The translations under genes and the position numbers were made by a program. The notes beneath the pieces were generated by a model that was given only the letters and a program-made list of their open reading frames with translations, did not search any database and was not told the origin of the DNA. 64,000 nt of DNA from an uncultured delta proteobacterium (GTDB lineage: Bacteria; Desulfobacterota; Binatia; UBA9968): assembly GCA_963760795.1 (NCBI GenBank), contig CAVXEP010000030.1, positions 160,001-224,000 on the forward strand, written 5' to 3'. This document shows, piece by piece, positions 20,989 to 29,555 of this stretch. How positions within the stretch are numbered: position 1 is the first letter of the stretch; every line of letters begins with the position of its first letter.

Positions 20989-21990
20989 CTATTTTTTCTG
21001 CGCCATTTCTTTGGCTGCCTCCGCGGCCAGCGAGAAATCGAAGATCGATGCGGCGGCGACATCTCCCTTCAAACTCGCCGTCGAGCTGAGCATCGCGATG
21101 TAGGCTTTCACCTGCTCCTCGGTGGGTACGCCGATTTTTGAGAACGTGTCGCGCACGGAGTCATACGCCTTGGCCGCTTGCAATGGATTGAGCTTTATCC
21201 ACTTGGCGATGATATCGATGGTCCCCTCGCGTTGACTCCAAGTGTAATCGAGTCCTTCGATCGTCGCCTTGAGGAGTTCGACAATTTCCGGGCGTGCGGT
21301 CTTGATTTTTTCTTCGGTGGTGGCGAAACCAGCCTGTGGAATCGGCAGTATCGAACCCATCTGCAGCAGCCGTTTCAATCCCAGCTCTTCGGCCTTCAAA
21401 TCGGACGGCACGGGCACCACGGTGGCATCGATGGTCCCCCGTTGCGTGGCGATCATTCGATCGTTGGTCGAATTTAATGGGACGATAATGGTGTTCGCGC
21501 CTAAATTATATTTCTCGATAAGTACCCGAACCTCGTAGGCCGGCAGAGTGCCGAGGCTCCCGGCGCCGATCCTTTTGCCGGCGAGATCGCTCACCGCCAG
21601 GAATTCCGGCCGGCTCACCAGCACATGCTGGAGTTTCACTGAAGTAAAGCAAATAACTTTCAGCGGCAAGCCGCGCGCCCCCGCCGTGGCCGGCCCGCTG
21701 GGAATCGTCGTGTAATCAATCGCCCGGTTGAGCAGCGCCGGCGCCACCAAACCCGCCGCCATCTGAATGACTTCGATATCGAAACCTCGTCTGGCAAAGA
21801 AACCTTTTTGCAACGCCACGTAAATGGGCAGATAGCTCAGCGAGGCCGAAGGCGTGGCGAGTCTGATCTTGACAGGTGAAATCTTGCCCTGGGCTTGCGC
21901 GTCCGCCGCCCACAGCGCTGCCAGCCATACAACGGCGAGAATCGACGCTGTCAAACATTTCACAGATTTCATTAAAAGCCGCCCTGCCAT
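20989..21990 (-). CDS. ABC solute-binding protein (SsuA/NMT1-like)
   Basis: Signal peptide, 'LPIYVALQKGFF..G.D.E', 'DLAGKRIG'. Confidence 0.85.
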   Translation of the reverse strand: MAGRLLMKSVKCLTASILAVVWLAALWAADAQAQGKISPVKIRLATPSASLSYLPIYVALQKGFFARRGFDIEVIQMAAGLVAPALLNRAIDYTTIPSGPATAGARGLPLKVICFTSVKLQHVLVSRPEFLAVSDLAGKRIGAGSLGTLPAYEVRVLIEKYNLGANTIIVPLNSTNDRMIATQRGTIDATVVPVPSDLKAEELGLKRLLQMGSILPIPQAGFATTEEKIKTARPEIVELLKATIEGLDYTWSQREGTIDIIAKWIKLNPLQAAKAYDSVRDTFSKIGVPTEEQVKAYIAMLSSTASLKGDVAAASIFDFSLAAEAAKEMAQKK

Positions 21991-22257
21991 CGATCCGATT
22001 CAGCCGATTTCGGTGTCAGCTGCGCGCAACATAAAGCAAATGTATTTCGCCCGTCAAGGACAAGGATGGTCCAGGACCGGGCCGGGCCTCGCAGTGTAAA
22101 CAATCTTACTGCGTTGAGAAGCCGTAGAGACGCTAATAGCAAGCTCGCAACAATTTATTTCTTAAACTTGACTCGTCATTCTTTCATGCTTGAATAATCA
22201 CTAGCAGAAGGTCGTAGTTGAACTTAACAAGCAACTTTACATTTAAGGGAGTCTCCA

Positions 22258-22467
22258 ATGGATGATCATACCTACAAGCAGGTCGAACTCACGGGCTCGT
22301 CGCACGATTCCATGGAAGCGGCGATTCAAAACGCCATCGCCAAGGCCGGCAAGACGCTTCACAACATTCACTGGTTTCAAGTCGTCGATACCCGCGGTTA
22401 CGTCGCCGACAATAAAGTCGACTACTGGCAGGTGACGATCAAATTAGGCTTTCGCCTGGACGACTAG
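22258..22467 (+). CDS. dodecin
   Basis: 'HTYKQVELTGSS..SMEAAIQNAI..A.KTL.NI.WF.V', 'WQVTIKLGF'. Confidence 0.93.
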   Translation: MDDHTYKQVELTGSSHDSMEAAIQNAIAKAGKTLHNIHWFQVVDTRGYVADNKVDYWQVTIKLGFRLDD

Positions 22468-22677
22468 CTCATTTAAGCGGACGATCGGGTCCGGACATAT
22501 CAGTCTTTACAATCTTCGGCATCTCTGCGCATGCCGCACCGACAACCGCGATAACGCCGAAGTCATATTCGACTGATCGATCTCCACACCTGGCCGCTTT
22601 GCTCACAGGCCGCGCGAAGTTCAATGACAAAAATTAAAAACGATCCCGGTCACAACCCATCACTTCATTCGGACATG

Positions 22678-24588
22678 TCATCGCGCGAACACCAAAAGGC
22701 TGTTCGCCGGTAATACTAGAGCTGCCGAGTGGGCAAAATCGTGCATCGGCTGGGGCTCGGCACGGACGCGTCCGCCGTTGCCGACTGTGCCGGGGTTAAC
22801 CCAGTTTTCGTAAACATCGCTGTTGAACACCTCGCGCCATTCTCCCTGGGCCGGGAAACCGATGCGATAGTCGAAACGATTATAATTCGCCAGGTGGATA
22901 ACCACGATCACGTCGTGTCCTTCGCCCACCACCCAACGGTGAAACGCCAGCACTCGGTTTTGGTCGTGCCCGTGAACCACGCGGAATCCTTGGCCGCGAA
23001 GACCGGGGAAGCGCCAGCGAAGCCTCACTAGTTCTCGAGTGAAACGTATGTGATCGAGCATCTGTTTGTCACCCGAATCAACTCCCGCCCAGTGCAACAG
23101 CAGGTTCTGGTGAAACTCGAAATTGTCGGACCACTGTTTATCCTCGATAAACTCCTGCCCCATAAATAACATTGGGATGCCGGGAGCCGTCAGGCCAATG
23201 CCCGTGGCAACGCGAGCTCGGCTGCGGCCAAACCAGGAACGAGGGTTACTCGGATCTCCCAGTCGGGCGACGCGCTGTTCGCGGCCCTGATATACGATGT
23301 CATGGTTTTCCGGCCCCTGGACAAATTGCCAATGCTCGGTGAAACCTTCCGGCCACAAACTCCGAGCGAGGCGTGTCATAGCGAGCGGGCGGTCATCGGG
23401 AGCGCTGGCACCGCCGACGACATCGCGAATAGCAATGCGCAGTCCGTCGGTTAGCGTCGTATCGAAACCCGCGCCCTCGGGCGGGTGCTTCACGATATAG
23501 GGGTTGACGCTCCAATATTCCGCCTTGTCAAAAACCGCCGGCTTGTGAAAGCGCAAAGTCGAGGTGAGATCCTGGCAAAAGCGCCAACCCTGGGGCGCGC
23601 CGTCATGATCGATAACGCTCACTTGGTCGTAGCGCAGACCGTCGACGCGGTATTCATCAAGAAAAAACTTGGCGTTTTGAATCAGAAACTCGCGCACCTC
23701 AGGTTTCTCGTAGTCGAACACGAGGCCGCCGGCATGGCCTTTATCGGTAAAGTAAAGGGAATTCCGGTTGCCGCCCTGGCTTGGCTGCCGGTCGAGGAAA
23801 TAAAGGCTTTGATCGCCGAAGTCGCCGCCCGCGTGGTTATAGACGACATCCAGTATGATCGCGAGTCCGTGAACGTGGCAAAGATCCACCAGCGCCTTGA
23901 GCTGGTTCATTTCACCGCGAAGATCTGCAACCTGATAGCGCTGCAATCCCTTGGCATCGAGCAGCCGATTGACCTCCGCCGCATAGGCCGCAAGGTTGCC
24001 GTCTTCGACGGCCAAATCCATTTCCGGCGAGAAGTAATCGGTGCCGTTGTAGCCCAGGCTGAACTGGGTTTGAAACTCCTGGATCGGCATCAGCTGGATT
24101 GCAGTTACGCCGAGATCAGCAAGGTACGGGATCTTTCTCGCGACATCGAGAAAGGTTCCGGCTTTTTGCGGCAGATTCGGCGTGAAGAATGTCCCGACAT
24201 GGAGCTGGTAGATCACGAAATCATGAAACTTTGGAGTGGCGTAACCGCTTTCGTGCCAGGGGAAGTCGGTTCTGCGGACGACGCACTCGCTCGGGAAAGG
24301 CGTCTGTAGCTCGCGGGCGTAGGGATCGCGTTTCGGGCCCTCGCCACCTTCGCCAACAACATAAAACATGTAACGCTGGCGGTCCTGAACGCCGCGGATG
24401 AATCCGCGCCAATGACCCTGATCATCCCGCGTTAGCAGACTGCTGGCATTGCGCTGGCGATTGTTGAAGTCGCCAATCACATGCACCGACTTCGCATGCG
24501 GAGCCCAGACGCGAAATGTCGCGCCGTCGCCGATCAGGTTCGCGCCCATTGGGGTGTTAGCGCCAATATGCTCGAGGGACGCGGGCAT
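22678..24588 (-). CDS. GH13 alpha-amylase / 1,4-alpha-glucan branching enzyme-like
   Basis: 'FRVWAPHA', 'DPYAR', 'IYQLHVGTF', 'DVVYNH', 'DGLRYD', 'ENHD', 'PMLFMGQE'; GGAGG RBS at 24588. Confidence 0.9.
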   Translation of the reverse strand: MPASLEHIGANTPMGANLIGDGATFRVWAPHAKSVHVIGDFNNRQRNASSLLTRDDQGHWRGFIRGVQDRQRYMFYVVGEGGEGPKRDPYARELQTPFPSECVVRRTDFPWHESGYATPKFHDFVIYQLHVGTFFTPNLPQKAGTFLDVARKIPYLADLGVTAIQLMPIQEFQTQFSLGYNGTDYFSPEMDLAVEDGNLAAYAAEVNRLLDAKGLQRYQVADLRGEMNQLKALVDLCHVHGLAIILDVVYNHAGGDFGDQSLYFLDRQPSQGGNRNSLYFTDKGHAGGLVFDYEKPEVREFLIQNAKFFLDEYRVDGLRYDQVSVIDHDGAPQGWRFCQDLTSTLRFHKPAVFDKAEYWSVNPYIVKHPPEGAGFDTTLTDGLRIAIRDVVGGASAPDDRPLAMTRLARSLWPEGFTEHWQFVQGPENHDIVYQGREQRVARLGDPSNPRSWFGRSRARVATGIGLTAPGIPMLFMGQEFIEDKQWSDNFEFHQNLLLHWAGVDSGDKQMLDHIRFTRELVRLRWRFPGLRGQGFRVVHGHDQNRVLAFHRWVVGEGHDVIVVIHLANYNRFDYRIGFPAQGEWREVFNSDVYENWVNPGTVGNGGRVRAEPQPMHDFAHSAALVLPANSLLVFAR

Positions 24589-24817
24589 ACAATCCTCCAG
24601 CAAGAGAGTTTCTACCCTCTCTGACTCTAAGGCTTTTAGGCAAACTGCCGTAAGGCGAACTCCGAAAGGCACACCTAACCGCATAACAGAATAACCTGCA
24701 ACGCGATTCAAGTCGCGGTGGCGCCAGAAAAACCGTAATCGTTCGGATCGACCCGGCTTTATTATGCCGCACAGTAAGCGACGCGAAGCGACACAAATCA
24801 AGAGTTAATCAGGCAGG

Positions 24818-25048
24818 CTACTGTCGATTCCTGGGTTGGGAAGATGCGGAACCCTGGACATCCATTTTGGCAAGTACGCGGTTGAGTCCTTTAATCTGGG
24901 CGATTATTTTCTTGTCTTTCGTGCCTTGAAACTGCAGCGTCAACTCGTCGACACGCCACTCGATCTGCGCGCGTGTAAACTTCTTCGGGAGTAGGAATTG
25001 GATCGGCATCGCCGGTCTATATCGCAGGATCGAGCCGAAGGTGGTCAT
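24818..25048 (-). CDS. small hypothetical protein
   Basis: 76-aa helical-looking ORF; start uncertain. Confidence 0.35.
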   Translation of the reverse strand: MTTFGSILRYRPAMPIQFLLPKKFTRAQIEWRVDELTLQFQGTKDKKIIAQIKGLNRVLAKMDVQGSASSQPRNRQ

Positions 25049-25087
25049 GATGGCTCCAAGGGCGGGCCGCCCTGTGTCTGATCGGAG

Positions 25088-25495
25088 GTATCGACGATGC
25101 CACCAGCAAGGTGACAGGCGGATTTTTTACCCAGGCCGAAAGCTCATGGGGTTACTTCACTCTGTTCTCTGACACTTTCGGGAATATGGCTTACCCCATT
25201 CGATCTATACCGACTGTCACTCGGTATTCTGGACCGATCAGGAACCGACGGTAGAGGAGCAGTTGATCAACCACAAGCCCACTACTGAAGTGGGCAGGGC
25301 CTTAGAAGAACTCGGAGTGACTTTGATCTGGCCATTCCCCACAGGCCAAGGGCAGAATCGAGCGACTGTGGAACACTTTTCAAGACCGGCTGGTCAGTGA
25401 GTTACGATTGGCTAAGGCCAAGACCTTGGAACAGGCTCAAGCGGTCCTGGAGGGTTACATCCCGGTGCATAACCGTAAGTTCGCCAAGCGGCTCG
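25088..25495 (+). pseudogene. ISNCY/IS481-like transposase fragment
   Basis: Frameshifted 'IDDATS', 'YGLPHSIYTD.HSVF', 'GRALEELGV', 'HSPQAKGRIERLWNTFQDRLVSELRL'. Confidence 0.85.
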
Positions 25496-25675
25496 GGCTG
25501 AGCCTGCCTGGAGAAGCTCACGCCTCAAGAGCGAATCTGCGCTACACGCACTTGATCATTCCCGAATAGAGCTAAGCGGAACGCGGAGAGCAGACTTTTT
25601 AGGCCAGCCTGGGGAAGCAGTAGAGCGGCAGCAGCGGTAGCGATGCGCTGTTCGGCTTCGCTTCCCGAGTGAACG

Positions 25676-26713
25676 CTAATTGGCAAGAAATTTTTTCGCC
25701 CGCTCGATCACCTCCGCGGGTTGGTTCATTACTTCTTGAATCAAAGTCTGCAGCTCTTCACCCGTCACCGGATCGATATCCATCTTGCCTCGCCGCGCCT
25801 CGGCCAACAGCTCCGGGTCCTTCAGCGCTTGGACGTAAGCGCGCCGTAGTGCATCGACCCGTTCCGCTGGAACACCGGGAGTGGCTAACATCGGGCGGCC
25901 AAACTCACCGCCCATGAGGATGACATGGGCGACCCGGCGGTTCATCTCGGAAACTTTCTCCTGATCCATCAGCTCGTAGAATGTCGCGGCGTCGGCCATT
26001 CTCGGGTCGCGTTTGCGCGCGGTCTGCACCAGATGGCGATCAAAGCCTTTCTTGTGCCAGGTGTCGAAGGGCTCCCGGCCGCTATGGCTGGTGATTGCCA
26101 TGCCTCGGCAAACGATTTCGTTGCGCTCCACGGCAATGTCGATTTGAGTGCCGCCGATATAGCCGCTGACCAGATTGAACTTGACGCCGAACACTTCCTC
26201 GAGAACTTTTGGCAGGAGAAATCCCGCATCGTTGGTGCCACTCGACCCGCACTTGGGCGGCTCCTTGGCGCGGCGAATCTCGGCCAAGGTTGTATAGGGG
26301 GTATCGCTGCGCATGTAGAGCAGCATATGGGTTTTTTCCTGGGTACCCAGCCAATGGAATTTGCGCACGTCGAACTTTGCCTCCGGCCGACCGGCTAGTT
26401 GATCCATGTAGATTTTGCCGTTCGGCATCACCACGGTCAGCCCATCAGGCTTGGCTAGATTGTAGACGTAGTTGGCCGCGACCAGCGACCCCGCGCCCGG
26501 CATGTTTTGCACGATAGAGCCCGGATTCCCGGGTATGTACTTGGGCATATGCCGCGAGAGCAGGCGTGCCCAGGCGTCGTAGAATCCGCCAGGCGGGCTG
26601 CCCACCACGATTTTAAACATTTTACCTTTGTAGAATGACTCCTGCGCGAAGAGCGCAGGCTGGCTCGAAAAAAACAGCAGCAGAAACCAAAAAGCAGTGA
26701 CAAACCGCTTCAT
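25676..26713 (-). CDS. tripartite tricarboxylate transporter substrate-binding protein (Bug/TctC-like)
   Basis: 'FYKGK..IVVGSPPGGFYD..ARL', 'QNMPGAGS', 'KPDGLT'. Confidence 0.88.
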   Translation of the reverse strand: MKRFVTAFWFLLLFFSSQPALFAQESFYKGKMFKIVVGSPPGGFYDAWARLLSRHMPKYIPGNPGSIVQNMPGAGSLVAANYVYNLAKPDGLTVVMPNGKIYMDQLAGRPEAKFDVRKFHWLGTQEKTHMLLYMRSDTPYTTLAEIRRAKEPPKCGSSGTNDAGFLLPKVLEEVFGVKFNLVSGYIGGTQIDIAVERNEIVCRGMAITSHSGREPFDTWHKKGFDRHLVQTARKRDPRMADAATFYELMDQEKVSEMNRRVAHVILMGGEFGRPMLATPGVPAERVDALRRAYVQALKDPELLAEARRGKMDIDPVTGEELQTLIQEVMNQPAEVIERAKKFLAN

Positions 26714-26802
26714 CTAGACACCTCAAACTATTTTGCCCGCGCGACTCAAGTACCCGCGTGTCGACGATTAATTAGTCATCGGTCATGGTGTTGAAACGAC
26801 AT

Positions 26803-27897
26803 TTATTGCAAATTTAACAGACGCGCCGCATTGCCGCCGAGGATGAGTTCTTTGTGCTTTTCGCTGATGTCGGTTCTTTCCTTGAGTATCGATACGGTGC
26901 GCGGATATTCACAGTCGAAGTGCGGAAAATCCGTCGCTAAACAGATGCGCTCGGCGCCGAACTCTTCTATAGCCAAAGGCAGCGGCTTTTCATCCACCTC
27001 ACAGGTGACGTAACAATTGCGCTTGAGGTATGCGGACGGCGCCATCGTGAGATGCTTGGCCTCTTCTTTCAGCCACGCGTAGTCGTCATCCATGCGATGC
27101 ATCCAGTAAAGAATCCATTCCGCGCCGCATTCAAACAAGACCACCCGAAGTTCAGGAAATTTCTCGAAGACGCCGCCCAGGGTGAGCGCGACCAATGCCG
27201 CGGTGCAGTTGATCGGTCTGCCCAAGACATGCATGGCGAAAAAATCATCGAAACGGTCGATGAGTTCGCCGTTGGTGTTGGGGTGACAGAATAATGGCAC
27301 GTTTAACTCGATGGCAGCTTCGTAGTAGGGAAAAAACGATGGATCGTTGAGGTTGCGCGGCCCGCAATATTGCACCAGATGGCCGGCCTTGAACCCCAGC
27401 TCCTTGACGCAGCGCTTAAGCTCGTTGGCCATCTGGTCGGGACATCCGGCCGGCACGATGGCAACCGGCCAAAAACGATCCTCATAGCCGCGCACCAGGT
27501 TGGCCATCCAGTTATTGACGCATTGGCAAAGCGCCAGACCCAGGCCGCCGTAATTCATCGCTGGAATATTCATGGTGGTGGGAAAGAGGATCTGTCGATC
27601 GATTCCCTCGCGGCCTATCGCGTTCAAACGCGCCTTCATATCGTAACCGCCCACCTGGCGTTCGGCGAGCTCTCCGCCGCGCCATTGAGTCTTCGGATCG
27701 AACATATGGTTGTGGTCCACGCCGGCGCGCGCCTTGGGGCTAACGGGATCGAGGCTATGAAGAAAACGGGCCTGCTGAAACTTACCGTCGCCGACCTTCT
27801 TCGGAGTCAACTTGGAGTAGATGCCGTCCAGCTTGTAGATCTCGTCCATGAAGTAGATTTCACGCACATGAGAATCGATGTCGATGATCATTCGCAT
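26803..27897 (-). CDS. amidohydrolase_2 family protein
   Basis: 'IIDIDSH', 'LFPT', 'PLFCHP', 'GVFEKFP.LR...ECG', 'TDFPHFD'. Confidence 0.9.
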   Translation of the reverse strand: MRMIIDIDSHVREIYFMDEIYKLDGIYSKLTPKKVGDGKFQQARFLHSLDPVSPKARAGVDHNHMFDPKTQWRGGELAERQVGGYDMKARLNAIGREGIDRQILFPTTMNIPAMNYGGLGLALCQCVNNWMANLVRGYEDRFWPVAIVPAGCPDQMANELKRCVKELGFKAGHLVQYCGPRNLNDPSFFPYYEAAIELNVPLFCHPNTNGELIDRFDDFFAMHVLGRPINCTAALVALTLGGVFEKFPELRVVLFECGAEWILYWMHRMDDDYAWLKEEAKHLTMAPSAYLKRNCYVTCEVDEKPLPLAIEEFGAERICLATDFPHFDCEYPRTVSILKERTDISEKHKELILGGNAARLLNLQ

Positions 27898-28201
27898 CCG
27901 CCTCCGTCGAGTTTGATTTACTTGTTCGCCGCGCCATCGCAGCGAACCGCGCACGCCGGTCTTATACCATGCGGCGAGTCGACCTTGTCAAATCGAATTT
28001 GCGATAGTGCGATCGCCGGCGGCCGCAGTCGTTGATCAGCCGATCGCTCCGTCGCCGAAGGATCTGGAGAGCTGGGACCAGCCTGTGTGTCGGAGGAAAT
28101 GCCCTGACCATTTTCGCATTGACGAATGCCCCAGCTTTGCCTACTTTAACCACAGCCAATCAAGGTGATCAGCCGAATTAACGGTGCTCGGAGGGGACCC
28201 C

Positions 28202-29218
28202 ATGAATTTTAATTTCACTGTGATATTAGCCATGCTGACCGCCCTTGCCCTGGCGAATCCTGGAATTGGCCCAGCGCAAACCAAAGAGCGCGCCAAACTT
28301 ATCGAGGATGCAAAAAAAGAAGGCAAGGTGATGGTCTACGTCTCCTCCAACGCCTCGGATGCCCGAGCTCTCGAAGCTGCCTTCGAAAAAAAATATCCCT
28401 TCGTCAACATGGAATTCTACAGCTCGGGAAAGGACGCGCTGTTGACGCGCTACCTGCTTGAAGCGCGCACCGGCGCCAATCTTGCCGATGTTTATCAATC
28501 CAGCGTATTTCCGATTATGAACCTGGTGGAGAAGGGACTGCTGGCCAAGTACTACTCGCCGGAACGGGAAGGTTTCATCGAAGCGCTGCGCGACAAGGAC
28601 GGCTATTGGCACGCGACGTATTTGAATGCCGTGACCATGGCCTACAACTCACGAATGCTAAAACCCGATGAAGTGCCGCAGAGTTACCAGGAGCTGCTGC
28701 AACCGAAGTGGCGCGAGAAGATGGGCTTTGTGCTGAGCCATACCGAATGGTATTTCGCCATGCTCCAGTCCATGGGCGAGGACAAGGGGCGGCAATATAT
28801 GGAGGCGCTGAGCAAACAAAAGATTCAGTCGCGAATCGGCAGCTCGCTGATGAACCAGCTGATGATGGCCGGCGAGTTTCCATTGTTGATCTCGCAGTAT
28901 CCGACCGGCGTCGAAGAGCTCAAAAAAACCGGCGCGCCGATCGATTGGGTGGCGCTCGACCCCTGGTTCGTTTATCCCATCGGCATCGCCGTCACCGCTA
29001 AGAACTCCCATCCCGCCGCGGCGCGGCTTTACGTCGACTTCATTCTCTCCGAAGAAGGACAGACTTCCATGCGTCAACTGAGCCGCATTCCGGCGCGCAA
29101 GGACGTCCTGCCGAATCCGCCGCGGCTCATGCAAGGACGCAAGCTCTTCGTCATCAAGCCGGCGTCGAGCGCCGTTTACAACAAGTATAACGCCGAGATG
29201 CTTCGCTATTTTCGCTGA
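28202..29218 (+). CDS. ABC-type solute-binding protein (AfuA-like family)
   Basis: Signal peptide, 'AKKEGKV.VY', 'GAPIDW', 'HPAAARLYVDFILSEEGQ'. Confidence 0.85.
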   Translation: MNFNFTVILAMLTALALANPGIGPAQTKERAKLIEDAKKEGKVMVYVSSNASDARALEAAFEKKYPFVNMEFYSSGKDALLTRYLLEARTGANLADVYQSSVFPIMNLVEKGLLAKYYSPEREGFIEALRDKDGYWHATYLNAVTMAYNSRMLKPDEVPQSYQELLQPKWREKMGFVLSHTEWYFAMLQSMGEDKGRQYMEALSKQKIQSRIGSSLMNQLMMAGEFPLLISQYPTGVEELKKTGAPIDWVALDPWFVYPIGIAVTAKNSHPAAARLYVDFILSEEGQTSMRQLSRIPARKDVLPNPPRLMQGRKLFVIKPASSAVYNKYNAEMLRYFR

Positions 29219-29555
29219 AGCTTTGAAGTCATGTCTGGCTGCACCATTCGAGGGATCAGAGCGGCAGATATTTTACTTCGGTGTTTCTCATCCGAGCTAG
29301 GCGCTTGCCGGAATAGCGACGCGCTCCTTTAGTGTCGGGACACCGGCGTCGGGGAACTGGGAACTGACTCAGGCTTGCCCGGCAGGAACAGGAATAGGGC
29401 GGAAACACTTCATTCGAGTTGCCAGGTATCTTAAACTCTTCTCCCAGCGCGAGGTTAGTCGAGCGATCGGAAGATTGGAGTTATATGATCTTCGAACAAG
29501 TGCTCAGCGCGTCTTGCCTAACGAAATCGCAGAAGGCTTTTCAGAGATTCCTTAA

